A stretch of DNA of 64,000 nucleotides from Sandaracinaceae bacterium (GTDB lineage Bacteria; Myxococcota_A; Polyangia; Polyangiales; Sandaracinaceae), in the NCBI GenBank assembly GCA_044220955.1, contig JBGAQA010000001.1:32001-96000 (forward strand). Reading direction: 5' to 3'. The notes under the pieces are model-generated. The model was not told where the DNA came from. It did no database searches and saw only the letters and a list, made by a program, of their open reading frames with translations. Positions 32,916 through 43,580 of this stretch are shown here, piece after piece. The translations under genes were made by a program, and so were the position numbers. Position 1 is the stretch's first letter; the number at the start of each line of letters is the position of its first letter.

Positions 32916-33806
32916 TCAGACGAGGATCGGCACCTGGCAGACGTTCGCAGGCGACATCCACTTGAGCGCGTTCAGCCAGAAGCGCTGCACCTGGTAGTCG
33001 GGGTGCCCCGTCCACTCCGAGTCGAACGAGATCCACTCGTCGCCCCACACGATCACGTGGCCCCGTCCCAGCTCGACGGCCCGCAGCACGTCGTAGCCGC
33101 TCTGGTCGGCGACGACGGTCCCGGCGCCCGTCACGGGATAGCCGTTGTCGATGCCGAGCCGGCTGACCATCTCGGAGAGCGGATGCGGGTGCCAGCCCTC
33201 GATCGGCAGGGTGAACCCGCAGCCGCAGAGGATGGGCTCGGGGCCGTACTGGATGCCGGTGGGCGCGAGCAGCAGGTTCACGTTGGCGCGCTCGCTGGTG
33301 TCGGCGTAGCCGATCAGCGTCATGAAGCCGCCGCCGCTCCGGATCCACGCCTCGAGCGCGGCGACCTCCTCGGGGGTGCGCGTCCGGCCCTGGATGTCCT
33401 GGGAGAGGATGATCTGGTAGGGCGCGAGCAGCTCGGGCGTGAGCACCTGATCGCCGAGGTCGTCGGCGCCGAAGTCGCTGCGAGCGTCCAGCCACGACGC
33501 GAAGACGCCGCTGCCGCCCGCGGTCCCCGAGACGCCCAGCGTCGCGATGCGCAGGCAGTCGCAGACGCCGTCGCCGCCCCGATCGACGTCGTCGATGATG
33601 CCGTTTCCGTCGTTGTCGACGCCGTCGCAGACCTCGGGGCTCGCGTTCACGTCGGCCCGGAACACATCGACGGGCGGCAGGCTCGTGTCGGTCGCGGGCG
33701 CGCCCGCGTCCCCGGCTCGGCCCGCGTCGCGCCGCGCGCCGATGGAGCTACTGCACGAGCAGCCCGCGGCCCAGACACAAGCGAGCGTGAGAACGATGCG
33801 CACCAT
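32916..33806 (-). CDS. lipoprotein with myxobacterial Cys/Asp metal-binding motif and GATase-like domain
   Basis: AAGC lipobox; EVCDGVDNDGNGIIDD; WIRSGGGFMTL, GRGHVIVWGDEW. Confidence 0.7.
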   Translation of the reverse strand: MVRIVLTLACVWAAGCSCSSSIGARRDAGRAGDAGAPATDTSLPPVDVFRADVNASPEVCDGVDNDGNGIIDDVDRGGDGVCDCLRIATLGVSGTAGGSGVFASWLDARSDFGADDLGDQVLTPELLAPYQIILSQDIQGRTRTPEEVAALEAWIRSGGGFMTLIGYADTSERANVNLLLAPTGIQYGPEPILCGCGFTLPIEGWHPHPLSEMVSRLGIDNGYPVTGAGTVVADQSGYDVLRAVELGRGHVIVWGDEWISFDSEWTGHPDYQVQRFWLNALKWMSPANVCQVPILV

Positions 33807-33901
33807 GCGCTCACGGTACCACGAGCCGGTGGACCTCTCGCGTGGACCGGTGGGTCGCGGCAGGCGCGTGCCCTCTCCGTGAGCAGCTCCCGGCTGCCAG
33901 G

Positions 33902-36900
33902 CTAGGGCTGCGCGCCGGCGCCGAGCAGATACGTGAGCCGGCGGATGATGTCGATGTTGTCGACGTAGCGGCGGAGCGCGGCGATCTCGCCACGCGCCTC
34001 CAGTCGCTCCGCGTGCAGGAGCATCTGCGCGCCGACGCCCGTCTCGCTGCCCGCTGCGCCCGGGTACGAGACCGCGTTGTAGGTCAGGCCGCTCGCGGGG
34101 TCCGTGTACTGGACCACCGTGTGGGCCGGGTCGATCTGGACCTCCTCCGAGCCGCCACTCACCCAGATGCGCGAGCGGTTCAGGAAGTCCTGGTCATAGG
34201 TCTGCGGGATGTACGCCATGCCGAGGACGGACGCGTACAGCTCGATCGAGAACCCGATGTCGGGGTCGACCGGCGTGCCGGCCATGTTGCCCGCCGCTTG
34301 CGACGCGGGATCCGGATACACGAGCTCGCCCGCGCCGTCGAAGCGCGGGGCCACCGCGCGCCAGTCCTCGCCGATCGCACCCCGGAAGAAGCTCGTCATC
34401 GCCGGGCCGAACGAGGTCGCGAAGTTGATCTGGTAGCGCCGGATGTCCGCGTCCGTGTCGCGGCCGATGAAGTGCGTCGTCGGATCGGTGAGGACCTCGA
34501 GCGCCACGACCTTGTCGTAGAAGTATCCGACGCGCTCGATCTGATCGAACCAGTAGTAGCCGTCGTCGAAGTTCCACGTCGTGTCGATCGCGCGACCGTC
34601 GAACGCGTTGACGGTGCGCGAGCCCGTCCCGGCCGCGGCGCCCGGCGCGTAGATCTCCAGGCCGTCGGCCGTGAGCCTCCGGGAGTAGGTGTCCGGCGTG
34701 GGCGTGCCGACGACGCGCGTGAGCAGCCCGTACGACGTGGCGGCCGCGGCCGTCCACGCGCCCATCCCGTGCTGACCCGTCCAGAACGCAGCCGGCAGCG
34801 AAGCGCCGAACACGTCCTCGAAGAGCGCGCGGTCGAGCACGTAGATGTCGTTGCCGTTCTGGAGCTTCTCGAACCAGCGGTCGTGCACGCGCTCGACGAC
34901 GCCCTCGGGCGTGAAGCCGATGCGCTGCCGTCGGAAGTTCGTGAAGATGTAGTAGTTCCAGTAGGTGTCCGCGATCGACTGGAGCGACTCGTACGCGTCG
35001 GCGCCCGCGTCGTAGCGGAGGCAGTCCGGGTCGAGGTCGGCCTGCTCGTCGGAGCAGAAGCGGTAGGGCACCGTCGGCCGGCCCATCGCGTCGGCGTAAT
35101 TGCCGTCGATCCCCTGCGAACGGAGGAACGCGCTCGGGCGCAGGCTCGTGTACGCGACGTCCGCGCGGTGCTGGATGTTCTCGACGCCGCCGAGCACCTC
35201 CGGCCAGTCCGTGTACTCGTAGGTCGCGACCGTCCCGCCGGTGAACGAGTCGATCGTCGGGACGGCCGGCCAGCCGAAGTCGCCGACCGACGCCCAGAAC
35301 TGCACGTCGTTCGGGCGCGCAGCGTCGGTGAACACCTCGACGAGGTCGCCGTAGCCCATCTTGATGGCCGCGCGGTCGTAGTGGCCGATGTGCCACGCGT
35401 CGGTGGAGACGAAGTTCTCGCCGTAGTCCATCACGGTCGAGTACTGGTACTCGCGGATCCGACCGGCCGTCTCGGCCGTCGACTCCGGATCCCAGAGGCG
35501 CGGGGCCATGTTCCCGTCGTCGCGCAGCGTCCAGTACGTCGGCATGTAGTTGAGCGCGTCGAAGCTGCCCGAGAAATTGTGGCGCAGGCCGAGCGTGTGG
35601 CCGACCTCGTGCGCCGTCACGGCCTCGAAGATCGGGTGGCGGAGCATCGAGCGCACGAGCTCGTAGTCGAGGCGGCCGCCCGTGGTGAGCGGGTAGCGGT
35701 GGCCGTACCAGTCGATCGTGCCGTCACCGGTCGAGGCGGCCTGCTGGATCTGACGCGCGAGGCCGAGGAGCCCGTCCTCGGCGAACTGCGAGTCGAGGAT
35801 GCAGCCGTGCTGCTGGATCTGATCGCGCAGGCGACGGAGCGTCGACATGCGCCCCGCGCTCATGCCCCGGAGCGGCGAGGCCGCCGTGAGCACCGAGTCG
35901 GAGAGCTGCGTCGCCGGGTCGTAGCCCGCCGCCATCAGCATCTCCGGCCCCGTCATCGCCTGCTCGAGGTCGCTGCCGACGAGGCGCTGCGCGCGCGTCG
36001 CGGTGATGGGCGTGCCGAACGCACCGCCCGCGAACAGACGATCCTGGCTCGCCTGCCGCTGGGCGACGAAGTCCTGGAAGCTCGACGGGGGCGAGCGGTC
36101 GGCCTCGTGGCGGATGTCGCGCGCCCAGCCGAAGTCCATGCCGCCCGTGATCGCTTCGAGGTGCGCCGGGTCGATCGGCACGGCGTGCGCCGCGTCGGTC
36201 GGGCCCGCGCTCTCGGCCGCGGCGTGATCGATCTGGTGGTCGAGCCAGGCCTGCACGGCGCCGCCGTTCTGGATGGTGGTGAAGTCCACGTCGCGGTTGA
36301 GCAGCCGGATGATGTCGCGCGCGTAGCTCTCGAGCGTCTCGACGCCCGCGCCATACACGAAAGCGTTGCCCATGATGATCTCGCCCGTGATGGGGTCGGC
36401 CGACGAGGGGCCGTATCCGAGCGGGCTCGCGAGGAAGGGCTCGTTGACCCAGCCGACCAGGGAGTAGCGGAGGTCACCCGGGCGCGCCTCGGTGCCCTCG
36501 GGGCCGCACGCCGGGTCGGCGCCAGCCGGCACGGGGCTCGGGCAGAGGATGAAGAGGTGCTGTGCATCCTCGCGGGCGCGCTGCGACGCGCAGTCGGCCG
36601 AATTGCCGCCGTCCGCCAGGCACTCGTTCTCGCGGAGCGACGCGACCGTGTCGACGAACGCGCTGTTCCAGTCCGCGGCGAAGGCCTCGGCGTCGGGGCG
36701 CAGGTCCTCGGGGAAGTTCGAGGACGTGTAGTAGACGATGGGCCGGATGCCACGATCACGGAACGGGATCGTGCACGCGCCCGAGAGGTGGCCGTCCGCG
36801 TCCAGGGTGCGATGCGCGCGCGCGAAGTCGAGGTCGCACGTCGAGCCGTGCCCGCCGCACGCGGCATCCGTCGTGCAGGTGACGAGCGTGCCGTCCATGT

Positions 36901-37870
36901 TCGTGCGGTGGCTGGCCGTCCACAGGTTGTGGCGGTTCACGAAGTGGAAGCGCGCGCCCTCGACCACGCCGTACTGCTCGTCGTAGCCGGCACGGAGCGT
37001 GTTGAAGTACCCGAACCGCTCCATGCGATCGCCGGTGTAGCGCTGCGGCTGGTACTGGACGTCGTGGCTCGGATCGACGCGGAGGAACGAGTTGCGGATC
37101 GTGATCTGCGACGCCGTGCAGTCGAGGTGATCCTGGTAGTAGAGGAAGCAGACCGGCACGTCGCCCCAGTCGTCGAAGTGCACCGTCTCGGGGCGGACGA
37201 AGAGCTGGTTGACGATGTCGATGTAGCTCACCACGCCGCTCGCGGCGTCGTGTACGAACTGCGGCGCGTTCGGGTCGGTCGGATCCTCGACGTAGTACGC
37301 GACCGGCTCGGCGCTCACGCCGTCGATCACGCGGTGCAGCGCGAAGAGGTCCGTCTCGCTGACGAGGTTCGTCGACCAGTCGACGCGCATGAAGCGACGC
37401 TCGTACCAGGGACGGTCGGTGCTGTTCTCCTCGATGACGTTCAGCTCTTCACCGGTCACCGTGTTGTACTGACGCCGGATGTCGAAGTGCGACTCGATGC
37501 GGTACATCGCGATCGGCGCCCCCGTCTCGTCGCCTGCGCCGCCGATCCCGGTCGGCTCGCTGCTCGCGATCCACGGATAGCTGCGCCGCGCGACGAGGTA
37601 GTCCTCCTGGATCTCCCAGCGGATGCGCTCGAGGTCGCCCTGCTCGCCGACGAACGTGAAGCCGACGCTGTAAGGCGTATCGATGACGGTCTGCTGCATG
37701 TACCACTCGCCCGCGAACATCGCCTTCTCGAGGGCGTAGGGCTGCACGCGGTTCACCGCCGGCTGCGGGTCGCCGCAGCCGGGGACGAGGGCGAGCGCCG
37801 ACGCGACCGAGAGCGTCGCCGCCAGGGCGAGCGTCGAGCGAGAAGGAAGGACGAGCGCGGACAGCGACAT
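33902..37870 (-). CDS. large lipoprotein zinc metalloprotease (metzincin-like)
   Basis: VPGC lipobox; HEVGHTLGLRHNF; Met-turn STVMDY; SADPITGEI; YRFCSD; AGGAG RBS. Confidence 0.9.
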   Translation of the reverse strand: MSLSALVLPSRSTLALAATLSVASALALVPGCGDPQPAVNRVQPYALEKAMFAGEWYMQQTVIDTPYSVGFTFVGEQGDLERIRWEIQEDYLVARRSYPWIASSEPTGIGGAGDETGAPIAMYRIESHFDIRRQYNTVTGEELNVIEENSTDRPWYERRFMRVDWSTNLVSETDLFALHRVIDGVSAEPVAYYVEDPTDPNAPQFVHDAASGVVSYIDIVNQLFVRPETVHFDDWGDVPVCFLYYQDHLDCTASQITIRNSFLRVDPSHDVQYQPQRYTGDRMERFGYFNTLRAGYDEQYGVVEGARFHFVNRHNLWTASHRTNMDGTLVTCTTDAACGGHGSTCDLDFARAHRTLDADGHLSGACTIPFRDRGIRPIVYYTSSNFPEDLRPDAEAFAADWNSAFVDTVASLRENECLADGGNSADCASQRAREDAQHLFILCPSPVPAGADPACGPEGTEARPGDLRYSLVGWVNEPFLASPLGYGPSSADPITGEIIMGNAFVYGAGVETLESYARDIIRLLNRDVDFTTIQNGGAVQAWLDHQIDHAAAESAGPTDAAHAVPIDPAHLEAITGGMDFGWARDIRHEADRSPPSSFQDFVAQRQASQDRLFAGGAFGTPITATRAQRLVGSDLEQAMTGPEMLMAAGYDPATQLSDSVLTAASPLRGMSAGRMSTLRRLRDQIQQHGCILDSQFAEDGLLGLARQIQQAASTGDGTIDWYGHRYPLTTGGRLDYELVRSMLRHPIFEAVTAHEVGHTLGLRHNFSGSFDALNYMPTYWTLRDDGNMAPRLWDPESTAETAGRIREYQYSTVMDYGENFVSTDAWHIGHYDRAAIKMGYGDLVEVFTDAARPNDVQFWASVGDFGWPAVPTIDSFTGGTVATYEYTDWPEVLGGVENIQHRADVAYTSLRPSAFLRSQGIDGNYADAMGRPTVPYRFCSDEQADLDPDCLRYDAGADAYESLQSIADTYWNYYIFTNFRRQRIGFTPEGVVERVHDRWFEKLQNGNDIYVLDRALFEDVFGASLPAAFWTGQHGMGAWTAAAATSYGLLTRVVGTPTPDTYSRRLTADGLEIYAPGAAAGTGSRTVNAFDGRAIDTTWNFDDGYYWFDQIERVGYFYDKVVALEVLTDPTTHFIGRDTDADIRRYQINFATSFGPAMTSFFRGAIGEDWRAVAPRFDGAGELVYPDPASQAAGNMAGTPVDPDIGFSIELYASVLGMAYIPQTYDQDFLNRSRIWVSGGSEEVQIDPAHTVVQYTDPASGLTYNAVSYPGAAGSETGVGAQMLLHAERLEARGEIAALRRYVDNIDIIRRLTYLLGAGAQP

Positions 37871-38021
37871 GGGAGCTCCTTGCGGCCCGAGGGCGGCCTG
37901 GCACCGAAGACGGCAACTTCCGTGCGAGGCGCAGGGGTAGCGGATTCCGGCCAGAGATCCAGGGACGAAGCGTGCTCCAGCGCCGGCTCGTCAGGATGGT
38001 GACGCGCCGCGGTGAGCTGGC

Positions 38022-39635
38022 TTACGGCCGCTGGACGCTCAGGTGGTAGCGGCCCGTCGTGCGCGGCGCGTAGCTCGTGGCCGTCACGCGGTACGCGCCC
38101 GACTCCGGGGCCACCATGTCGATGCGCGAGTTCAGGTTCCCGAAGCCCTGGTCGTCGTTGATGATCTCGCGGCCGGACGGCGTGCGGACGACGAGCACCG
38201 TGTCGAAGTCGGGCGACGAGAGCGCGACGACGACGTGGTCTCCGGAGGACCAGGAGTAGTCGTACGAGTCGCCGAACTGTCCGCGCCCGTACAGGCCGTC
38301 GCCCTGCGCGAGCTCGCCGTCGACCTCGCGGTCGCCCGAGGCGACCACGCCGATCACCGCCAGCCCGAAGACGAGGACGACCACCCCCAGCACGCCGAGG
38401 CAGCCGAGGACCGAGACGATCGCCACCGGAGCCACCCAGCGAGGACGGCCCGCCGGCGCGGGCGCGTAGCCCGGCGTCGATGCCGGCGTCGCGTGCGGCG
38501 CGGGCGCGTAGCCCGGCTGGGATCCAGGCGTGCGGGAGAACGTCCCCGGGGACGCCGTCGGCGGCGAGAGCTCCGGCGGTGCGGAGCCGGGCGGCGGCGT
38601 CCTCGACATCGCGGCGGTCGCCGGGAACGACGGCTTGCCCGCGGGCGTCGTCATGCCGGCGGCAGGCGCCGTCGCGGCGGTCGGGATCGGCCCCGTGGGC
38701 GGCCCGAGGGCCCCTCCGGGCGCGGTGAAGGCCTGCTGGCTCTGCATCATCGTCGGCGCCAGCTCCCGGGTGACCGTCGCGGGCGCGGGCGCGGCGCTCC
38801 CGCGCGCCTGCCGCAGCGCCGTCAGGAGCCCGCCCGCGTCGGGCGGCCGCTTCTTGGCGTCCTTGTCGAGGCAGCGATCGACGAGCGCCACGATCGCGGG
38901 CGCCGCCCCGGGCAGCACCTGACCCAGAGGGCGGTGCGGCTTGGTGCAGATCTCCACGACGAGGGTGGCGATGGTGTCCCCCGCGAAGGGCGGCGCGCCC
39001 GAGAGCGCCTCGTAGAGCATCACGCCGAGCGCCCAGACATCCGTCGAGAACGAGACGTCGCGCGCGCTCATCGCCTGCTCCGGCGACATGTAGTGCGGCG
39101 TCCCCATCGCCGTCCCGGCCTGCGTGACGGTGTCCTGCCCGGCGAGGTCGCGGGCGATGCCGAAGTCGAGCACCTTCACGACCTCGGCGCCGTCGCGGCG
39201 GCGCGCGAGGAACACGTTCTCCGGCTTCAGGTCGCGGTGAACGATGCCGGCACGGTGCGCCGCGGCCAAGGGCTGGAGCATCTGCTCGAAGAGATCGAGC
39301 ACCTGGGCGTGCGGCAGACGCCCGCGCAGCAGCCGGTCGCGGAGCGTCTCGCCCGAGAGCAGCTCCATCGCGACGAAGAGGATTCCCTCTCCCGGGTCGA
39401 AGCCCGCGTCGTAGATCTCGACGATTCCGTCGTGACCGATCTGCGCGGGCGCCGCGACCTCGCGCAGGAAGCGCTGGCGCGTCGTCTCGTCGCGCCCGAC
39501 GCTCGGGGCGAGCAGCTTCAGCGCGACGACCTTCTTGGAGAGGATGTGCGTGGCCTCGAAGACGGCCCCCATACCGCCTTCGGCGATCTTGCGGCCGACG
39601 GAGTACCGGCCGCCGATGGTGCGATCTGCCGCCAC
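38022..39635 (-). CDS. Ser/Thr kinase with TM helix and C-terminal PPC-like domain
   Basis: [24 protein letters not shown]-terminal [21 protein letters not shown]. Confidence 0.93.
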   Translation of the reverse strand: MAADRTIGGRYSVGRKIAEGGMGAVFEATHILSKKVVALKLLAPSVGRDETTRQRFLREVAAPAQIGHDGIVEIYDAGFDPGEGILFVAMELLSGETLRDRLLRGRLPHAQVLDLFEQMLQPLAAAHRAGIVHRDLKPENVFLARRRDGAEVVKVLDFGIARDLAGQDTVTQAGTAMGTPHYMSPEQAMSARDVSFSTDVWALGVMLYEALSGAPPFAGDTIATLVVEICTKPHRPLGQVLPGAAPAIVALVDRCLDKDAKKRPPDAGGLLTALRQARGSAAPAPATVTRELAPTMMQSQQAFTAPGGALGPPTGPIPTAATAPAAGMTTPAGKPSFPATAAMSRTPPPGSAPPELSPPTASPGTFSRTPGSQPGYAPAPHATPASTPGYAPAPAGRPRWVAPVAIVSVLGCLGVLGVVVLVFGLAVIGVVASGDREVDGELAQGDGLYGRGQFGDSYDYSWSSGDHVVVALSSPDFDTVLVVRTPSGREIINDDQGFGNLNSRIDMVAPESGAYRVTATSYAPRTTGRYHLSVQRP

Positions 39636-39703
39636 GGCCGGGAGGCTAGACCATCGGAAGCCATCGCGCCCCGGGCCCGGAATCGCAGCGGATCTCTTTT
39701 TCC

Positions 39704-39732
39704 TTGCCCCCCCGGAGGGCCCGGTTCACATT
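39704..39732 (+). promoter_or_regulatory. putative sigma70-type promoter of rplU-rpmA
   Basis: TTGCCC-17 nt-CACATT followed by a GC-rich discriminator. Confidence 0.45.
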
Positions 39733-39792
39733 CTGCGCCCTTTTGGCGGCCTCGGGCGGCGAGCACGACGAGGCAGACGAGGAAACGGCCAT

Positions 39793-40101
39793 ATGTACGC
39801 AGTGATCAAGACCGGCGGGAAGCAGTACCGCGTATCGGAGGGCGACCGCCTCCGCGTCGAGAAGCTCCCCGGCGACGCCGGCGCGAGCGTGACGTTCGAG
39901 GAAGTGCTGATGATCGGCGGCGAGAAGGTCGCCATCGGCAAGCCCCTGGTGAAGGGCGCGAAGGTCACGGCCACGATCGTGACGCAGGACCGCGCCAAGA
40001 AGGTCATCATCTTCAAGTTCCGGCGCCGGAAGAACTACCGCCGCAAGCGTGGTCACCGGCAGCCGTTCACCGAGATCCAGATCACGGGCGTCAGCGCCTG
40101 A
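39793..40101 (+). CDS. rplU: 50S ribosomal protein L21
   Basis: [14 protein letters not shown]...GHRQPFT. Confidence 0.98.
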   Translation: MYAVIKTGGKQYRVSEGDRLRVEKLPGDAGASVTFEEVLMIGGEKVAIGKPLVKGAKVTATIVTQDRAKKVIIFKFRRRKNYRRKRGHRQPFTEIQITGVSA

Positions 40102-40114
40102 GGAGCGAGCGGAC

Positions 40115-40411
40115 ATGGCTCACAAAAAGGGACAGGGCTCTTCGCGCAACGGGCGCGACTCCAACTGCCAGTACCGTGGGGTGAAGATCTACGGCGGCCA
40201 GACGGTCGTCGCCGGCAACATCCTGGTCCGTCAGGTCGGCTCGAGGATCCACGCGGGCACCAACGTCGGCGTCGGGAGCGACTTCACCCTCTGGGCGCGT
40301 ATCGACGGCGTCGTGAAGTACGAGCGCATGGGCAAGGACAAGCAGCGCGTCAGCGTCTACCCGAAGGGTGACGCGCGGCTCGCGGCGGCGCCGGCGGCGG
40401 CGGCGAGCTGA
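40115..40411 (+). CDS. rpmA: 50S ribosomal protein L27
   Basis: [23 protein letters not shown]. Confidence 0.98.
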   Translation: MAHKKGQGSSRNGRDSNCQYRGVKIYGGQTVVAGNILVRQVGSRIHAGTNVGVGSDFTLWARIDGVVKYERMGKDKQRVSVYPKGDARLAAAPAAAAS

Positions 40412-40435
40412 GCCGGTAGCGCTCGAGCTCGAGTC

Positions 40436-40472
40436 GAGGCCGGGTCCGAGAGGACGCCGGCCTCTGGCTTTT
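40436..40472 (+). terminator. probable intrinsic terminator of rplU-rpmA
   Basis: GAGGCCGG-GTCC-gaga-GGAC-g-CCGGCCTC hairpin, then TGGCTTTT. Confidence 0.65.
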
Positions 40473-40515
40473 CGAGGGTCGCTCTCGCTCACGCTCTGCA
40501 TCACCATCGGTCCGC

Positions 40516-41313
40516 ATGACCCTTCGCGACAAGACGATCTGGATCACCGGCGCGAGCGCGGGCATCGGCGAGGCGCTCGCCATCGAGCTCGCGGCGCGAC
40601 GCGACGTCACGCTCGTGCTCTCCGCGCGACGCGGCGAGGAGCTCGACCGCGTGCGCGCGCTCTGCGCCGATCCTTGGCGCGTCTTCACGCTGCCCATGGA
40701 CGTCGCCGACACGGACTCCGCAGAGAAGAACGCGGCGCGCGCCGCCGAGCTCGCCGGCGCGCCGATCGACGTGATGGTCCACAACGCCGGCATCGGACAG
40801 CGCTCGCTCGTGAAGGACACGCCGCTCGCGGACGACCGACGCGTGATGGAGCTGAACTACTTCGGTGTCGTCGCCCTCACGAAGGCGCTCCTGCCGAGCA
40901 TGTGCGAGCGGGGACGCGGGCACTTCGTCGTCGTCTCGAGCGTCGTCGGCTACGTGGGCACGCCGTACCGGAGCGCGTACGCCGGGAGCAAGCACGCGCT
41001 GCACGGGTTCTTCGAGAGCCTCCGCTACGAGGTGTTCGACGAGGGCATCGCGATCACGATGATCTGCCCCGGCTTCGTGCGCACCGAGATCGCGAAGAAG
41101 GCGCTCGAGCGAGCCGGCAACCCCGGCGCGGAGGGCCACACCGCGACGGAGGCCGGCCTCACGCCCGAGGCGTGCGCGAGGACGATCGCGCGCGCGATGG
41201 AGCGGGAGGCGCGCGAGGCGTACGTCGGCGGGGCCGAGGTCGCGGGGATCTACCTGCGCCGCTACGCACCCGGACTGCTCGCGCAGGTGCTCCGGCGCGT
41301 GAAGACGACCTGA
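40516..41313 (+). CDS. short-chain dehydrogenase/reductase
   Basis: TGASAGIG, HNAG, YAGSK. Confidence 0.93.
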   Translation: MTLRDKTIWITGASAGIGEALAIELAARRDVTLVLSARRGEELDRVRALCADPWRVFTLPMDVADTDSAEKNAARAAELAGAPIDVMVHNAGIGQRSLVKDTPLADDRRVMELNYFGVVALTKALLPSMCERGRGHFVVVSSVVGYVGTPYRSAYAGSKHALHGFFESLRYEVFDEGIAITMICPGFVRTEIAKKALERAGNPGAEGHTATEAGLTPEACARTIARAMEREAREAYVGGAEVAGIYLRRYAPGLLAQVLRRVKTT

Positions 41314-41343
41314 TCGCCGGTCCCCGATCGTCGGCTCGCCAAT

Positions 41344-42438
41344 TCAGGGATGCAGCACGCAGCCGCCGATGACCGCGCCGTTCCACTTGGCCTTCATCGC
41401 CTCGGCGTAGTCCGAGAGCGCGAAGCGGTGCGAGACGTAGGGCTTGATCGCGCCGTCGTGCGCCCACGCGAGGATCTGCCGCAGGCGCGGCGGGCGGATG
41501 CTCGGGTCGTTCGCGGTACCGATCGCCGTCGGACAGCCGAGCACGTCGAGCCCCTTCATCATGATCAGGTTGGTCGGCAGCACGTTGGCGTTCGGCGCGC
41601 CGCGCTGCCCCTTGCCCTGCGCCACGAAGGGCGTCGCGGCCCAGCCGACGATCAGGAAGCGCGCGCCGAACTTCACGCAGCGAAGGCTCTCGATCGACGT
41701 CTCGCCGCCGACGCCGTCGTACACCACGTCGACACCGGCGCCGCCCGTCAGCGCCTTCACCGCGTCCTTGAAGCCGCGCTCCTTCACGGCGATGACGTGA
41801 TCGGCGCCGTGCTCCCTCACGAGCGCGAGCTTCTCCTCGCTCCGGCCCGTCGCGAGGACCGTCGCGCCGACGATCTTCGCGACCTGCACCGCGGCGAGGC
41901 CGGTCGAGCCGGACGCGCCGTGGATCAGGACCGTCTCGCCCCGGGCCAGACGGCCGCGCGCGATGAGACAGTGGTACGCCGTCTCGTAGTTGCCCAGCAG
42001 GTTGCACGCCTGGTCGAAGTCGAGCGTCCCCGGGATGCGGTGCACGGCCTCGACGGGCACCACGACGTAGGACGCGAACCCGCCCTGCGACTGGTACCGG
42101 CCGAGCGAGCGCGGGCCCGCGAGGAAGCCGTCGACCAGAACGCGGTCGCCGCGCGCGACGGTGTCGACGCCGACGCCCACCGCCGCGATCTCTCCCGCGC
42201 ACTCCAGCCCCGGCGTGTAGGGCGGCTTGGCCATGTGCTGGTACTGGCCGCTCGTCATCAGGAGATCGACCCAGCCGACCGACGCGCTGCGCACCCTTAC
42301 GATCACCTCGCCCCGGGCGAGCGCCGCGGGGTCCGGGGCGTCCATCGGAACGAGCGCGCTGTGCTTCTCGATGGCGTCGAGCGGCGTCTCGCCGAATTCC
42401 GAGACGACGACGCGGTGACCGGAGGCGAGCGCGCTCAT
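41344..42438 (-). CDS. NADPH:quinone oxidoreductase (MDR family)
   Basis: PYTPGLECAG, IHGASGSTG, GVDVVYDGVGG. Confidence 0.9.
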   Translation of the reverse strand: MSALASGHRVVVSEFGETPLDAIEKHSALVPMDAPDPAALARGEVIVRVRSASVGWVDLLMTSGQYQHMAKPPYTPGLECAGEIAAVGVGVDTVARGDRVLVDGFLAGPRSLGRYQSQGGFASYVVVPVEAVHRIPGTLDFDQACNLLGNYETAYHCLIARGRLARGETVLIHGASGSTGLAAVQVAKIVGATVLATGRSEEKLALVREHGADHVIAVKERGFKDAVKALTGGAGVDVVYDGVGGETSIESLRCVKFGARFLIVGWAATPFVAQGKGQRGAPNANVLPTNLIMMKGLDVLGCPTAIGTANDPSIRPPRLRQILAWAHDGAIKPYVSHRFALSDYAEAMKAKWNGAVIGGCVLHP

Positions 42439-42511
42439 GCGGTCTGAGAGCGTATCAGCGCTCGTTGAGATTGGCGTGGACGTCGGGCACTCTCGTCCGG
42501 GAGGTGAGCCC

Positions 42512-43513
42512 ATGGGTTTGTTCGACGTGTTCGGGGCGGGGGGCGGGACGGCGGCGATCCAGATCGGATCCACGATGGTGGGCGCCGGCTCGTCACTCGA
42601 GGGCAACGTCGTGTTCACTGGTGGCAAGCGCGCGCAGCAGATCACGCGCGTGACGATGCGCGTGTCGCAGTCCACGACCTCGATGCAGATGACGAAGGAA
42701 GGCCCGCGGCAGCACACGCAGTCCCGCGACGTGGTGCAGTCGTTCCAGATCGCGGGGCCCGGGACGAGCACGCCCGGGCAGGCGCAAGCGTTCCCCTTCT
42801 CCATCAACATCCCGCAGGGCGCGCCGCCCTCGCAGCCAGGACACCTGAGCTACGCGATCCACGCGAACGTCGACATCCCGGGCGAGGTCGACGCCGGCGC
42901 GACGGTGCAGCTCACCGTGGTCGGCGGCGGCATGGGCGCGCAGATGCCGATGCAGCCGCCGATGGGGCAGATGCCGATGGGAATGGCGCAGCCGCCGATG
43001 ATGGCCCCGCCCGTCCCGGGCTACGGCGCACCGCCGCAGATGGGCATGCCCCAGATGCCGCCGCCGATGGGCGCCCCACAGATGGGGATGCCGCAGATGC
43101 CGCCACAGCCGGGCTATCCTCAGATGCCACCGCAGATGGGGATGCCGCAGATGCCACCGCAGATGGGAATGCCGCAGATGCCACCCCAGATGGGGATGCC
43201 GCAGATGCCACCCCAGCCGGGCTACCCGCAGATGCCACCCCAGCCGGGCTACCCGCAGATGCCCCCGCAGCCGGGCTACCCGCAGATGCCCCCCCAGCCG
43301 GGCTACCCACCGATGCCGCCCCAGCCGCAGATGGGGATGCCCCCGATGCCGCCGCAGATGGGCTCGTTCGTCGTCGCGCTGCATCCACAGACCGGCCAGT
43401 GGGCGCCCGGCCGGATCACGGCGATGCAGAACGGGATGTTCGGCGTGGACTGGGACGATCCGATGCTCGGCGCCTCGACGTGGGTCGCCGCGGGTCAGCT
43501 GCGTGTGAAGTAG
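42512..43513 (+). CDS. Spo0M/arrestin-like N-domain + Pro/Gln/Met repeats + small SH3/Tudor-like C-domain
   Basis: GGAGG RBS; FGAGG..GNVVFTGG..FPFSINIP..HANVDIPGEVDA; W.PGRI..FGVDWDD..TWV..LR tail. Confidence 0.7.
   Translation: MGLFDVFGAGGGTAAIQIGSTMVGAGSSLEGNVVFTGGKRAQQITRVTMRVSQSTTSMQMTKEGPRQHTQSRDVVQSFQIAGPGTSTPGQAQAFPFSINIPQGAPPSQPGHLSYAIHANVDIPGEVDAGATVQLTVVGGGMGAQMPMQPPMGQMPMGMAQPPMMAPPVPGYGAPPQMGMPQMPPPMGAPQMGMPQMPPQPGYPQMPPQMGMPQMPPQMGMPQMPPQMGMPQMPPQPGYPQMPPQPGYPQMPPQPGYPQMPPQPGYPPMPPQPQMGMPPMPPQMGSFVVALHPQTGQWAPGRITAMQNGMFGVDWDDPMLGASTWVAAGQLRVK
43097..43312 (+). repeat. eight tandem 27-bp coding repeats (MPPQPGYPQ / MPPQMGMPQ)
   Basis: Read from DNA and translation. Confidence 0.9.
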
Positions 43514-43580
43514 CGGGCGGTGTTCACGAAGAATCGTGGCGCCGCCGCCGTCGCGCGCCGGGTGATATAGAGTCAGCCTC

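Noticed and set aside
37912..37927. Sigma54-like TCGCACGGAAGTTGCC upstream of the metalloprotease
   Set aside because: The near-invariant GG is CG; kept only as a weak possibility
43097..43312. 27-bp repeats as a CRISPR array
   Set aside because: No spacers, in-frame with synonymous variation, no cas genes
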